Made by a program: the position numbers and the translations under genes
From: an uncultured Actinomycetes bacterium
GTDB lineage: Bacteria > Actinomycetota > Acidimicrobiia > IMCC26256 > DASPTH01
Direction: 5' to 3'
Length of the DNA stretch: 64,000 nt
Assembly: GCA_963721435.1 (NCBI GenBank)
Contig: CAVRJC010000007.1
Location: 11,843-75,842, forward strand
Part shown: in pieces, positions 10,311-20,154 of the stretch
How positions within the stretch are numbered: the stretch's first letter is position 1
How the letters are laid out: each line of letters begins with the position of its first letter
Notes under the pieces: generated by a model
Database searches by the model: none
What the model was told of the DNA's origin: nothing
Seen by the model: the letters and a program-made list of their open reading frames with translations, nothing else

Positions 10311-11966
10311 ATGCCTGCTGACACCAGCTCTTCGTTTTCGCTCGTCGGTCGTGACCTCGCGCGCGAGTACGGCACGTTCACCGTGCTCGACGGCGTCGAC
10401 GTGACGGTCGGCCCCCGCACGCGGCTCGGGGTCATCGGCCCGAACGGCATCGGGAAGACGACGCTGCTACGGATCCTGGCGGGCGTCGAGCGCGCCGATC
10501 GGGGTGCGGTCACGTGCACACCGCCGACCCTGCGGGTCGGCTACCTCCCGCAGGAGCCGGACCGGAGTGACGAGGAAACGCTTGCGGAGTTCCTCGCTCG
10601 CCGTGCGGGGGTCGCAGGTGCCGAGCAGGAGCTCGAGCGCACCGCGGCGGCGCTCGCGGCCGGTGAGGCGGGTGCGGACGACGCGTACACCGCGGCGCTC
10701 GAGGGGTATCTCGCCGCAGGCGGCCCCGACTTCGACGCCCGCATGCGCGCGGTGTGCGACGACCTCGGGCTCCCGCAATCGCGGCTCGACCTGCCGACCC
10801 GGGCGCTGTCCGGTGGCCAGGCTGCGCGTGCGTCACTCGCGGCGATCCTGCTCGCGCGCTTCGACGTGTTCCTGCTCGACGAGCCCACCAACGACCTCGA
10901 CTTCGCGGGCCTTGCGCGTCTCGAGCAGTTCCTTGCCGAGCTCCCCGGTGGTGTGGTGCTGGTGAGTCACGACCGTGCCTTCCTCGACCACACCGTCACG
11001 CGTGTGCTCGAGCTCGACGAGCACACGCGACGAGGGACGGAGTACGGCGGCGGCTGGCAGGGCTATCTCGACGCGCGCGCGACCGCGCGTCGTCATGCCG
11101 AAGAGCAGTACGAGGGATATCAGTCGGAGCGGGCGCGCCTCGAGGCTCGCGCGCGTACGCAACGCGAGTGGGCGGTTCAAGGCGCACGGGCCGAGAAGCG
11201 CAACCCACGCGACAACGACAAGGCGCAACGCGACTTCCGCGTCAACCGCACCGAGAAGCAGGCGGGGAAGGCGAAGGCAACCGAGCGCGCGATCGCGCGG
11301 CTCGACGTGGTGGAGAAGCCGTGGGAAGGGTGGGACCTGCGGTTCCAGCTCGCGGACGCCGCCCGCAGCGGTGACGTCGTGCTGCGCCTGGAGCAGGCGG
11401 TGATCGAACGCGGCACGTTCCGGCTCGGGCCCGTCGATCTCGAGATCGGCTGGGGCGAGCGCGTCGCCATCGTCGGCCCCAATGGCTCGGGCAAGACGAC
11501 GTTGCTCCTCGCGCTCCTCGGCCGCCTCCCGCTCGCCGCCGGCCACCGGTACATCGGGCCGGGCGTCATCGTGGGCGAGATGGACCAGGCGCGCGTGGCC
11601 TTCGACGTCGACGCGACGCTGCTCGACGCGTTTCTCGCCGCGACCCGGCTTCCGATCTCCGAGGCCCGATCGCAGCTGGCCAAGTTCGGGTTGAGCGCCG
11701 AGCACGTGCTCCGGCCCGCGGCCACGTTGTCGCCCGGCGAGCGCACGCGCGCCGTCCTCGCCCGCTTCGCCGCCCAGGGCGTGAACTGCCTCGTGCTCGA
11801 CGAGCCCACGAATCACCTCGATCTCCCGGCGATCGAGCAGCTCGAGGCCGCCCTCGATGGGTTCGAGGGCACGCTGCTCCTCGTGAGCCACGACCGCCGT
11901 CTGCTCGAGGTGGTGCGCACGACCCGGGCGCTCACGCCCGAGGGGGCGATCGTCGCGGCGCAGTAG
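10311..11966 (+). CDS. ABC-F family ATPase with two ABC domains and no TM segment; translation factor or ARE type
   Basis: Two Walker A sites (GPNGIGKTTLL and GPNGSGKTTLL), two signature motifs (LSGGQAARASLA and LSPGERTRAVLA), and a charged interdomain linker with no membrane domain. Confidence 0.9.
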   Translation: MPADTSSSFSLVGRDLAREYGTFTVLDGVDVTVGPRTRLGVIGPNGIGKTTLLRILAGVERADRGAVTCTPPTLRVGYLPQEPDRSDEETLAEFLARRAGVAGAEQELERTAAALAAGEAGADDAYTAALEGYLAAGGPDFDARMRAVCDDLGLPQSRLDLPTRALSGGQAARASLAAILLARFDVFLLDEPTNDLDFAGLARLEQFLAELPGGVVLVSHDRAFLDHTVTRVLELDEHTRRGTEYGGGWQGYLDARATARRHAEEQYEGYQSERARLEARARTQREWAVQGARAEKRNPRDNDKAQRDFRVNRTEKQAGKAKATERAIARLDVVEKPWEGWDLRFQLADAARSGDVVLRLEQAVIERGTFRLGPVDLEIGWGERVAIVGPNGSGKTTLLLALLGRLPLAAGHRYIGPGVIVGEMDQARVAFDVDATLLDAFLAATRLPISEARSQLAKFGLSAEHVLRPAATLSPGERTRAVLARFAAQGVNCLVLDEPTNHLDLPAIEQLEAALDGFEGTLLLVSHDRRLLEVVRTTRALTPEGAIVAAQ

Positions 11967-11967
11967 G

Positions 11968-12852
11968 TTGCCGCTCGTGGACACGTTCAGCGGCAAGAAC
12001 GTCCTGATCACGGGGTCGAGCTACGGGATCGGCGCCGCCACCGCCGAGCGCCTCGTCGCGAGCGGCGCCAACGTCGTGATCTCGGGACGCACGATGACGC
12101 CCGACCAGCGGTCGCAGTACCAGCCGATCAGCCTGGAAGAGACGACGGCGCGACTCCGCGAATACGGCACGACCGTGGTGCCGATCCGCGCCGACATGGC
12201 CGACGAGGAGTCGCGGTTGGCGCTGGTCCCGGCCGCCGTCGACGCGCTCGGTGGCCCACTCGACATCCTGATCAACAACGCGGCCGCGGGCATCTACAAG
12301 CCGAATCTCGGCTACACGCTCAAGCACCGTCGACTCATGATGGACGTCAACTTCGACGCGCCTGTCGACCTCACGCAACAGGTCGTACCGGGAATGATCG
12401 AGCGGGGTGAGGGATGGATCGTGAACGTGTCGTCAGGAGTCGCGCGCTATCGCTACGGGCCGCCCGACCTCAGCGCGCAACGCGCGCAATCGCGCGGTCC
12501 CTTCGGTGCGAACCAGGGCGTGTACGGCGCGAGCAAGGCGGCACTCAACCGCATCACCGTCGCGTTCGCGGCCGAGCTCGCAGGCAGCGGTGTGCGCGTG
12601 AACACGATCGAGCCGACGGGCGCGGTGATGAGTGACGGCGCGGTCGCTCGCGGCATGGACGGCATCCCCGAGTCTGCGGTGCAGTCGATGGAGGCGATGG
12701 TCGAGTCGATCGTCTACCTGTGTGCGTGCCCGGAGGAGCGAACCGGAGGTGTGCACACCAGCCTCGACCTGCTCGACGAGGTCGGGCTCACGGTGATGAC
12801 CATCGATGGCTCCGAGCCCTTCGCCGGCGGCTACCGCCGAGTGCTCGACTGA
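11968..12852 (+). CDS. SDR family oxidoreductase
   Basis: TGSSYGIGAATAERL Rossmann motif, NNAA, and the YGASKAAL catalytic YxxxK. TTG start at 11968 or GTG at 11977. Confidence 0.85.
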   Translation: MPLVDTFSGKNVLITGSSYGIGAATAERLVASGANVVISGRTMTPDQRSQYQPISLEETTARLREYGTTVVPIRADMADEESRLALVPAAVDALGGPLDILINNAAAGIYKPNLGYTLKHRRLMMDVNFDAPVDLTQQVVPGMIERGEGWIVNVSSGVARYRYGPPDLSAQRAQSRGPFGANQGVYGASKAALNRITVAFAAELAGSGVRVNTIEPTGAVMSDGAVARGMDGIPESAVQSMEAMVESIVYLCACPEERTGGVHTSLDLLDEVGLTVMTIDGSEPFAGGYRRVLD

Positions 12853-12856
12853 GCTG

Positions 12857-13852
12857 CTAGCCGCAGCTGCCGCCCCACGGGCCGGCGCCCTGCCACTGGT
12901 AGAGCGACCACGCGACGTCGTCCTGGTCGTAGGGCGACGCGAGGTTCGCGGGCACTCCGATCAGATCCGTCCGTCCCGCGTGGTTGGCGGCGCCGTTCCA
13001 GGTCGATTGGTAGAACTGGTAGGCGCCGAGATACGGGCCCGCGGGGTTGACCGCGCCGTAGTTTCCACCCGATTCCCGGGCCCGTACGCAGTTGAGGAAC
13101 GGATCGTCGTGATGCGGGTGCGTGCCCGGCGTGCCGACGTAGTTCGGGGGCACGCTCGGGGTCGTCGGCTTCGACGGCGTCGTCGTGGTGGTCGGCTTGA
13201 CCGTCGTGGTCGTGGCGGTGACCGCCACGGCCGCTCGCGCGGCCTGGTCGGCGGCCGCCTGCGCGGCGGCGTCGGCCTGCTGGCGCTGCTCGGCCTCCGC
13301 GAGCTTGGCGTCCATCGCGCGTGCCTGATCCTGGAGCTGTGCGAGCACCGTTGCCTGCTCGGCTCGGGAAGCCTCGAGATCCTTGCGCTTGGCGCGCAGC
13401 TCTTCCGTTGTCGCGCGCAGCTTCGTGTAGACCGCGTTGTCGCGCGCGTTCACGTTGTCGATCAGCTGTGCGCGTCGCGCGGTGGCAAGCACACTGCGAC
13501 CTGCGATCAGGGTGGCGAGGTGATCACCCGACGTCGTGTAGGCGAGCAACGCACGCGCCTTCGCGTCGTCCTTCGCGCGCTTCGCCTTCGTCGAGAGGTC
13601 GTCGACGAGTTGCGCGTTGCGCGTGATCTCGGCTTCGAGATCGTTGGAGCGAGCGAGCGCGCGAAAGTACTGGTTCGCGATGTCGTCGGCCTGGGCGCGC
13701 AATGTGGCGACGTCCGCGCTCGTGCTGGAGCTCGATTGCGCAGCTGCCGGTGCCGTGAGCAGCGCGGGCAGGGCGACGGCCGCGAGCAGCATGACGGTGA
13801 GAGTGGCCCCAGCCGAACGCCGCGCGCGAGCCGTCCGTACGGGCGTGCGCAT
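12857..13852 (-). CDS. secreted coiled-coil protein with a C-terminal Rpf-like transglycosylase domain
   Basis: Signal peptide, a long Ala/Gln/Glu/Arg-rich coiled-coil region, a Thr/Pro linker, then CVRARESGGNYGAVNPAGPYLGAYQFYQSTWN, which matches the transglycosylase-like domain of resuscitation-promoting factors. Confidence 0.65.
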   Translation of the reverse strand: MRTPVRTARARRSAGATLTVMLLAAVALPALLTAPAAAQSSSSTSADVATLRAQADDIANQYFRALARSNDLEAEITRNAQLVDDLSTKAKRAKDDAKARALLAYTTSGDHLATLIAGRSVLATARRAQLIDNVNARDNAVYTKLRATTEELRAKRKDLEASRAEQATVLAQLQDQARAMDAKLAEAEQRQQADAAAQAAADQAARAAVAVTATTTTVKPTTTTTPSKPTTPSVPPNYVGTPGTHPHHDDPFLNCVRARESGGNYGAVNPAGPYLGAYQFYQSTWNGAANHAGRTDLIGVPANLASPYDQDDVAWSLYQWQGAGPWGGSCG

Positions 13853-13886
13853 GGCCTCAAGCTAGCGAAGAGCCCCATTCGCGTGC

Positions 13887-14570
13887 ATGATCGGCCCGAT
13901 GCCGGTCGAGCCGCCTCCGTGTCGCTGGGCGCTGCCCGTTGCGGCAGATGCGGTGTCGGAGGTCGCGGGGATCGGGGCCGACCTCGAGCCCGGGACGCTG
14001 CTGGCCGCGTATCGGGCCGGGCTGTTCCCGATGCGCCTCCATGCGGGTGGTCCGATCGCGTGGTGGTCGCCCGACCCACGCGGCATCATCCCGCTGGACG
14101 CGCTGCACGTTGGTCGGTCGCTCCGCCGCGCGCAACGGACGTTCGAAGTGCGGATCGACACCGCGTTCGAAGCGGTCGTGCGCGGCTGTGCCGATCCCCG
14201 ACGCCCGCACGGATGGATCGACGACGAGTTCGTCGCGGCGTACACCGAGTTGCACCGTCTCGGTTGGGTGCACAGCGTCGAGACGTGGCGCGACGACGAG
14301 CTTGCCGGCGGCCTGTACGGCATCGCGATCGGTGGGCTGTTCGCGGCGGAGTCGAAGTTCCACCGGGAACGGGACGCGTCCAAGGTCGCCGTCGTCGCGC
14401 TCGTCGAGGTGCTGCGCGCCGGCGGCGCCGCGTTGCTCGACGTGCAGTGGAACACGCCGCACCTGTCGTCACTGGGCGCGATCGACGTGCCGCGCGCCGA
14501 GTACCAGCGATTGCTGGCCGCGGCCTTGGCGCGTCCGCTGCCTGCGCTCTTCGCGTCCGTCCCGGAGTAG
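13887..14570 (+). CDS. aat: leucyl/phenylalanyl-tRNA--protein transferase
   Basis: Motifs AAYRAGLFPM, WWSPDPRGIIPLD and WVHSVETWRDDELAGGLYGIAIGGLFAAESKFH are typical of Aat. Confidence 0.85.
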   Translation: MIGPMPVEPPPCRWALPVAADAVSEVAGIGADLEPGTLLAAYRAGLFPMRLHAGGPIAWWSPDPRGIIPLDALHVGRSLRRAQRTFEVRIDTAFEAVVRGCADPRRPHGWIDDEFVAAYTELHRLGWVHSVETWRDDELAGGLYGIAIGGLFAAESKFHRERDASKVAVVALVEVLRAGGAALLDVQWNTPHLSSLGAIDVPRAEYQRLLAAALARPLPALFASVPE

Positions 14571-14580
14571 CGTCGCCGGC

Positions 14581-14934
14581 ATGGATGCAATGGTCGTGTA
14601 CCACAACCCCGTCTGCAGCAAGTCCCGCGGTGCGCTCGAGATCCTCGGCGACAAGGACGTCGACGTCGAGGTCATCGAGTACCTCGTGGTGAAGCCTTCA
14701 CGCGCTGATCTCGAGCGGATCGTCGACGCGATCCCCGACCCGCCGTCGGCGCTGGTGCGCAAGGACAAGCGGTTCGCCGAGCTCGGCCTCGACGCCGCGG
14801 CCTACGAGACCAAGGAGCAGGTTGTCGACCTGCTGCTCGAGCACCCGGAGCTCATGGAGCGCCCGGTCGTGTTCAAGGGTGACCGTGCGCTGATCTGCCG
14901 TCCGAGCGAGAAGGTGCTCGAGCTCCTCGACTGA
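14581..14934 (+). CDS. ArsC/Spx/YffB family thioredoxin-fold protein
   Basis: 117 aa with MVVYHNPVCSKSRGALEIL (N-terminal Cys in the ArsC-family context). The ATG at 14581 was verified in the sequence. Confidence 0.8.
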   Translation: MDAMVVYHNPVCSKSRGALEILGDKDVDVEVIEYLVVKPSRADLERIVDAIPDPPSALVRKDKRFAELGLDAAAYETKEQVVDLLLEHPELMERPVVFKGDRALICRPSEKVLELLD

Positions 14935-14939
14935 GGGAG

Positions 14940-17171
14940 CTACACGCCCACGGGCTCGGGTGTCCGCTCGATCGCCGCCGGTTCCTGCGGTGTCGGCGAT
15001 GCCGAGTCGATGTCGAGCCGCGGGAGCCATCCGAGCCACTTCGGGAACCACCAGTTCGCGTCGCCCAGGATCTCCATGACGGACGGCACGAGCATCATGC
15101 GCACGATGGTGGAGTCGATGAGCACCGCGAACGCGAGCCCGAGCCCGAACATCTTCACCTCGGGCGACTCGTTCAGGACGAACGCGCCGAACACGAAGAT
15201 CATGATCAAGGCGGCCGACGTGATCACGCGCGCGGTGCGCGAGAGCCCACGCACGACGGCTTGTCGCGTGTTGTGCGAGCCGTCGTACTCCTCGCGGACA
15301 CGCGTGAGCAGGAACACCTGGTAGTCCATCGACAGCCCGAACAGCACCGCGAACATCATCATCGGCACGAACGAGACGATGGGGACCGTGCTCTCGAGGC
15401 CGATGAGGTCCTTCGCCCAACCCCACTGGAACACCGCCACGATGACGCCGTACGCGGCCGCCACCGAGAGCAGGTTCATCACTGCCGCGGTGAGCGGCAC
15501 GAGGACCGAGTGGAAGACGAGCATCAACAGCAGGAACGAGAGCAGCACGACCGCGAAGATGAACAGCGGCAACCGTGACGCGATCTGGTCGGAGATGTCG
15601 ATGAACGTCGCCGTCACGCCACCGACGTATGCCTGCACGCCGGTGGCGCCACTGGCCGAGATCGCCTTCGGGATCTCGTCGCGCAGCGTCTGCACGAGGT
15701 TGTTGGTCGCGTCGCTCTCGGGTGCGCTCGTCGGGTACACGCCGAGCAGCGCCACCGTCTTGTCCGTGTTGAAGTTCGCGGGCAGGACCCCTGAGACGCC
15801 CGGCGTCTGCCTGATCGCCGCCGCGATGTCGTCGACGACTGCCTCATCGGCGTCGGGCGGGAGCGAGACGACGACGAGCAGCGGCCCGTTCGCGCCGGGC
15901 CCGAAACCTTGTGCGATCAGGTCGTAGGCCTGGCGCTGGGTCGTGGAGGTGGGCAGGTTGCCGTCGTCGGACTCGCCGAGCCGCATGCTCAGGAACGGCG
16001 ACGCGATCACCAGCATGATGAGCGTCCCGACGATCGCGAACACCCACTTGTGCTCGGCGACTCGCACGGCCCAACGCTCCCAGAACGTGGGGCCCGCGGG
16101 TGCTGCACCCGCGTCGCGGTTCGGATGGTGCATGAAGCTGGGTACTCGCCACTTGTCGATGTTGTGGCCGACGATCCCGATGATCGCGGGCAGGAACGTG
16201 ATCGCCGCCAGCATCATCACCGCGACGACCATCGCCGACATGTAGCCGAGGCGCGCGACGTAGGGGATTCCCGAGACCGCGAGCCCGGAGATCGCGATCA
16301 CCACGGTGCAGCCGGCGAAGATCACCGCGGAGCCGGCGGTGGCAACCGAGTGCCCCACCGCGGCTTCGACGGGCATCCCCGCGGCGAGGTTCTCGCGGTA
16401 GCGCGTCACGATGAACAGCGAGTAGTCGATCCCGACGCCCAGGCCGATCATCGTCGCGAGGGTCGGAGCGAGGGTGCCGATGTCGGTGATCGCGGCGACG
16501 ATGTTGATGAGCGAGATCCCGATCCCGAGGCCGAAGAGCGCGGTCAGGATGGGGAGGCCCATCGCGACGACCGATCCGAACACGAACAGCAGGATCACGA
16601 CCGCCGCAAGCAGCCCGATGAGGTCGGCGTTGCCTTCCGGCGGTTGGTCCGAGAAGTCGACGACCGCGCCGCCGTACGCGAGGCGGACGCCCGCCTGCTC
16701 CGCAGGCGCGGTGGCTGCAGTGATCTGGTCGAACGCGCCGAGCCCGACCTGCTGCGCGAGCTCGTCGTACTGCACGGTCACGAGCGCGATGTCGCCGGAC
16801 TTCGAGACGATCGCCGCGCCGAGGGGACCGTACGGGTCGGTCACCGACGTGACGTGCGGGATCTTCGAGAGGTTGGCGACGCTCTCGCTGATGGCGGCCT
16901 TCACCGCCGGGTCGTTGATGCCGTCGTTGCTCTGGAACACGACGGTGGCGGTGCTCCCGCTCTGTGACGGGAACTGTGACTGCAGCAGGTCGAGCGCTTC
17001 CTGCGACTGGCTGCCATCGATCCGGAAGTTGTCGCTCGTCTGGCCGTCGAGGCCCTTCGAGAGCAGGCCGATCCCGACTGCGGCGATCACCCACACCGCG
17101 ACGAACCACCAGCGATGCCGAACCGCGCTTCGCCCGAGACGGTCGAGCCACCTCGACACAGATCCTCCCAT
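14940..17171 (-). CDS. MMPL family RND-type transporter
   Basis: 743 aa with 12 predicted TM segments in two blocks, each followed by a large loop. Typical MmpL architecture. Confidence 0.9.
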   Translation of the reverse strand: MGGSVSRWLDRLGRSAVRHRWWFVAVWVIAAVGIGLLSKGLDGQTSDNFRIDGSQSQEALDLLQSQFPSQSGSTATVVFQSNDGINDPAVKAAISESVANLSKIPHVTSVTDPYGPLGAAIVSKSGDIALVTVQYDELAQQVGLGAFDQITAATAPAEQAGVRLAYGGAVVDFSDQPPEGNADLIGLLAAVVILLFVFGSVVAMGLPILTALFGLGIGISLINIVAAITDIGTLAPTLATMIGLGVGIDYSLFIVTRYRENLAAGMPVEAAVGHSVATAGSAVIFAGCTVVIAISGLAVSGIPYVARLGYMSAMVVAVMMLAAITFLPAIIGIVGHNIDKWRVPSFMHHPNRDAGAAPAGPTFWERWAVRVAEHKWVFAIVGTLIMLVIASPFLSMRLGESDDGNLPTSTTQRQAYDLIAQGFGPGANGPLLVVVSLPPDADEAVVDDIAAAIRQTPGVSGVLPANFNTDKTVALLGVYPTSAPESDATNNLVQTLRDEIPKAISASGATGVQAYVGGVTATFIDISDQIASRLPLFIFAVVLLSFLLLMLVFHSVLVPLTAAVMNLLSVAAAYGVIVAVFQWGWAKDLIGLESTVPIVSFVPMMMFAVLFGLSMDYQVFLLTRVREEYDGSHNTRQAVVRGLSRTARVITSAALIMIFVFGAFVLNESPEVKMFGLGLAFAVLIDSTIVRMMLVPSVMEILGDANWWFPKWLGWLPRLDIDSASPTPQEPAAIERTPEPVGV

Positions 17172-17258
17172 GGTCGTGCCTGCTGTGCCCCGTTGCCTCT
17201 CGGTTGTCGACTCGGAGCAGCTCCGCCTTGATGTCCGAATCGCCCGATCACGATACGC

Positions 17259-18071
17259 ATGCGCGACGATGAAGCGGCGGGATCACCGGGATCGGGAAGG
17301 GGAGGGGCGGTCGTGAGCGAGGAGTTCGTGCCCCGTCCGCCCGAGGGTCGTGTCTACCGCGCGCGGCGGCGCGTGCACCTGGGCGATGTCGGCAGCAACG
17401 CCAAGCTGCGCCTCGAGGCGCTGGTGCGCTACCTGCAGGATGTCGCCACCGACGACGCCGACGATTCAGGTCTCGACCAGTACAAGGGGGTGTGGGTCGT
17501 CCGCAAGCTCGCGGTCGAAGTGAGATCACTGCCGCGCTATCACGACGAGGTCGAATTGGCGACGTTCTGCAGCGGGGTCGGTCCGTGCTGGGCCGAGCGC
17601 CGCACCACGATGACCGCGGGTGACCGCGTGCTCGCCGAGTCCGCCGCGGTGTGGGTCTACATCGAGAGCGCGGGCGGCAGGCCGCAGCCCCTGGAGCCCG
17701 ACTTTTTCGAGATCTACGGCCGGGCCGCGCAGGACCGGCGAGTGAGCGGCCGCCTGCGCCACCGGCGCCCGGAGCCGGGCGCCGCATCCCGCCCGTGGCC
17801 CCTGCGGGACAGTGACTTCGACGTGCTCGACCACGTGAACAACGCGCGCTACTTCGAAGCGGTGGAAGACGAGCTCGCGTCCCGTCTGCCGGGCCTGGTC
17901 GTGGGGCGAGCCGAGATGGAGTTCCGTGGCGCGGTCGAGCGCGGCGTGGCCGTCGACCTCGTCAGCGAGGCCCGGCAGGGTGAGGAAGCGCCGGCGCAGC
18001 TCGCCGCGTGGCTCCTGGCCGACGGCGAGGTGCGCGCATCGGCGCTGGTCACCGCACGGGCGCGGGACTGA
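17259..18071 (+). CDS. acyl-ACP thioesterase-like hotdog-fold protein
   Basis: Double hotdog pattern with DVGSNAKLRLEALVRYLQDVA and DVLDHVNNARYFE. The start may be the GTG at VSEEF. Confidence 0.65.
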   Translation: MRDDEAAGSPGSGRGGAVVSEEFVPRPPEGRVYRARRRVHLGDVGSNAKLRLEALVRYLQDVATDDADDSGLDQYKGVWVVRKLAVEVRSLPRYHDEVELATFCSGVGPCWAERRTTMTAGDRVLAESAAVWVYIESAGGRPQPLEPDFFEIYGRAAQDRRVSGRLRHRRPEPGAASRPWPLRDSDFDVLDHVNNARYFEAVEDELASRLPGLVVGRAEMEFRGAVERGVAVDLVSEARQGEEAPAQLAAWLLADGEVRASALVTARARD

Positions 18072-19114
18072 TCGTCGCGTACACTCGCCGCGCTCTGGAA
18101 CCCATCGCCCGTCATGTCGCTGCGGGGCGCCGGTGCCTTGTCACCGGTGGGCTCGGCTTCATCGGCTCCAACCTTGCCCTGGCGCTCCAGCGCGAAGGTG
18201 CCGAGGTCACGGTGCTCGATGCGCTCGTGCCGCGCCACGGCGCAAATCCTCACAATCTCGTGGCCGACGGCGCGACCGAAGCCGACCCTGCGATCACGGT
18301 GATCCACGCCGATCTCGGTGAAGTCGGCCGTGACGACGTGCGCGCGGCCGCGGTCGAAGCCGACATCGTGTTCAACCTCGCGGGTCAGGTCAGCCACGTC
18401 GACTCGATGGACGATCCCGTGTTCGACCTGCAGGTGAACACGACGAGCCAGTTCGCGTTCCTCGACCTGGTGCGGCGCGAGAACGCCGATGCGGTCGTGA
18501 TCTACACCTCGACCCGCCAGATCTTCGGCAAGCCGCGGTACCTCCCCGTCGACGAGGAGCATCCGGTCGCGCCGGTCGACGTGAACGGCATCACCAAGTA
18601 CGCGTCCGAGCAGCTCCACATGCTGTACCACGAGGTCTACGGCCTGCGGGCGACCGCAGTGCGACTCACGAACGTCTACGGGCCGCGTCAACGACTCCGC
18701 GACGACTACCAGGGGTTCCTGCCGATCTTCGTGCGCCGCGCCCTCGACGACGAGGCGATCAGCGTGTTCGGTGACGGCGCGCAGCAGCGCGACTGTCTCC
18801 ACGTCGACGACGTCGTCGAATGCCTGATGCTCGCGGCGACAACCCCCGCGGCGCACGGCGAGATCTTCAACGTCGGGAACGACGAGCACCTGTCGCTGCG
18901 CGAGATCGCGGAGGCCGTCGTCGCGGCGGCAGGGTCGGGACGCGTCGAGAGCGTGCCGTGGCCCGCCGATCGCGATGCGATCGACATCGGGTCGTACTTC
19001 GGCGATTCGTCGAAGGCGAAGCGCGTGATGGGCTGGGAGCCGTCGACGCCGTTCGCGGCAGGGATCGCGCGCACGATCGAGTTCTTCCGCGCGCGACGCG
19101 AGTGGTACCGATGA
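18008..19114 (+). CDS. NAD-dependent epimerase/dehydratase family protein; the start codon is unresolved
   Basis: Rossmann motif CLVTGGLGFIGSNLALAL with an extended SDR fold. There is no in-frame ATG/GTG/TTG between the upstream stop (18069-71) and the GxxGxxG motif, so the gene either starts at the GTG at 18008, overlapping the thioesterase gene by 64 nt, or uses a rare start such as the CTG at 18095. Its stop overlaps the next start (ATGA at 19111-19114). Confidence 0.75.
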   Translation: MAPGRRRGARIGAGHRTGAGLIVAYTRRALEPIARHVAAGRRCLVTGGLGFIGSNLALALQREGAEVTVLDALVPRHGANPHNLVADGATEADPAITVIHADLGEVGRDDVRAAAVEADIVFNLAGQVSHVDSMDDPVFDLQVNTTSQFAFLDLVRRENADAVVIYTSTRQIFGKPRYLPVDEEHPVAPVDVNGITKYASEQLHMLYHEVYGLRATAVRLTNVYGPRQRLRDDYQGFLPIFVRRALDDEAISVFGDGAQQRDCLHVDDVVECLMLAATTPAAHGEIFNVGNDEHLSLREIAEAVVAAAGSGRVESVPWPADRDAIDIGSYFGDSSKAKRVMGWEPSTPFAAGIARTIEFFRARREWYR

Positions 19115-20154
19115 CGGAGGTGGTCGACCCGATCCCGTTCCTCGACCTCGCTCGGCGGGCCGCCTCGCTCGAGCCCGACCTCTCCGAGGCAGTCGATCGA
19201 GTGGTGCGGTCGGGCAATTACCTGCTCGGGCCGGAGCTGGAGGCGTTCGAGCTCGAATTCGCGGCGTTCGCGGGCCGCCGGCACGCGGTCGGGGTCGCGT
19301 CGGGCACCGAGGCGCTCCGCCTCGTCCTCGTGTCCCTGCGGCTGGAACCGGGCGACGAGGTGATCGTTCCGGCCATGACCGCGGTGCCGACGGCCGCGGC
19401 GGTGTGCGCGGCAGGTGGAGTACCGGTGTTCGTCGATGTCGACGCGGCGACGGCCGGCATCGACGTGACGGCCGCGGCCGCGGCGGTCACCGACCGCACG
19501 AGGGCCGTCATCCCCGTGCACCTGTACGGCCGACCGGCGGAGCTGCCCGATCTGGGTGTGCCGGTCGTCGAGGACGCCGCCCAGGCGCACGGCGCGCTCG
19601 ACCCGACCGCGCCGTCACTCGCCGCCACGTACAGCTTCTATCCCACGAAGAACCTCGGCGGCATCGGTGACGGCGGCGCGGTGGTCACCGACGACGATGA
19701 TCTCGCGGCGAGGCTCCGCTTGTTGCGCGCCCACGGCCTGACCGACGGCTACGTGCACACCGTGATTGCCACCAACGCGCGCATGTCGGAGATCGAGGCG
19801 GCGGCTCTTCGCGTCGGGTTGCAGGTGCTCGAATCCGGGAACCTCCGCCGCCGCGAGACTGCGCTGCGCTATCGGGAGGCGGCACCCGACCTGCACTGGC
19901 AGGCTCCGCATCCGCGGCACGTGTATCACCTCTGTGTCGCCCGCATGGCCGATCGGGACGACTTCCGTGCGCGTGTGCCGTTCGGCACCGCGCTGCACTA
20001 TCAGCGGGCGCTCACCCAGCAGCCCGCGTACAAGAAATTTGTGCGGGCTCCGTGCCCGGAAGCGGAGCGATGGGCGGCGGAGTGCGTCTCGCTGCCATGC
20101 TTTCCCGAACTCACCGACGAAGAGATCGAGGCAGTGTGCCGAGCGCTCCCGTGA
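19111..20154 (+). CDS. DegT/DnrJ/EryC1/StrS family PLP-dependent sugar aminotransferase
   Basis: SFYPTKNLGGIGDGGAVVT contains the PLP lysine, in a fold-type I sugar aminotransferase pattern. It is translationally coupled upstream (ATGA) and downstream (GTGA). Confidence 0.9.
   Translation: MTEVVDPIPFLDLARRAASLEPDLSEAVDRVVRSGNYLLGPELEAFELEFAAFAGRRHAVGVASGTEALRLVLVSLRLEPGDEVIVPAMTAVPTAAAVCAAGGVPVFVDVDAATAGIDVTAAAAAVTDRTRAVIPVHLYGRPAELPDLGVPVVEDAAQAHGALDPTAPSLAATYSFYPTKNLGGIGDGGAVVTDDDDLAARLRLLRAHGLTDGYVHTVIATNARMSEIEAAALRVGLQVLESGNLRRRETALRYREAAPDLHWQAPHPRHVYHLCVARMADRDDFRARVPFGTALHYQRALTQQPAYKKFVRAPCPEAERWAAECVSLPCFPELTDEEIEAVCRALP

Noticed and set aside
12806-14692. 628-aa plus-strand ORF
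   Set aside because: It runs antisense through the Rpf-like gene and out of frame through aat. It is Arg/Gly-rich with no domains, while aat and the ArsC-like gene in other frames have clear family motifs.
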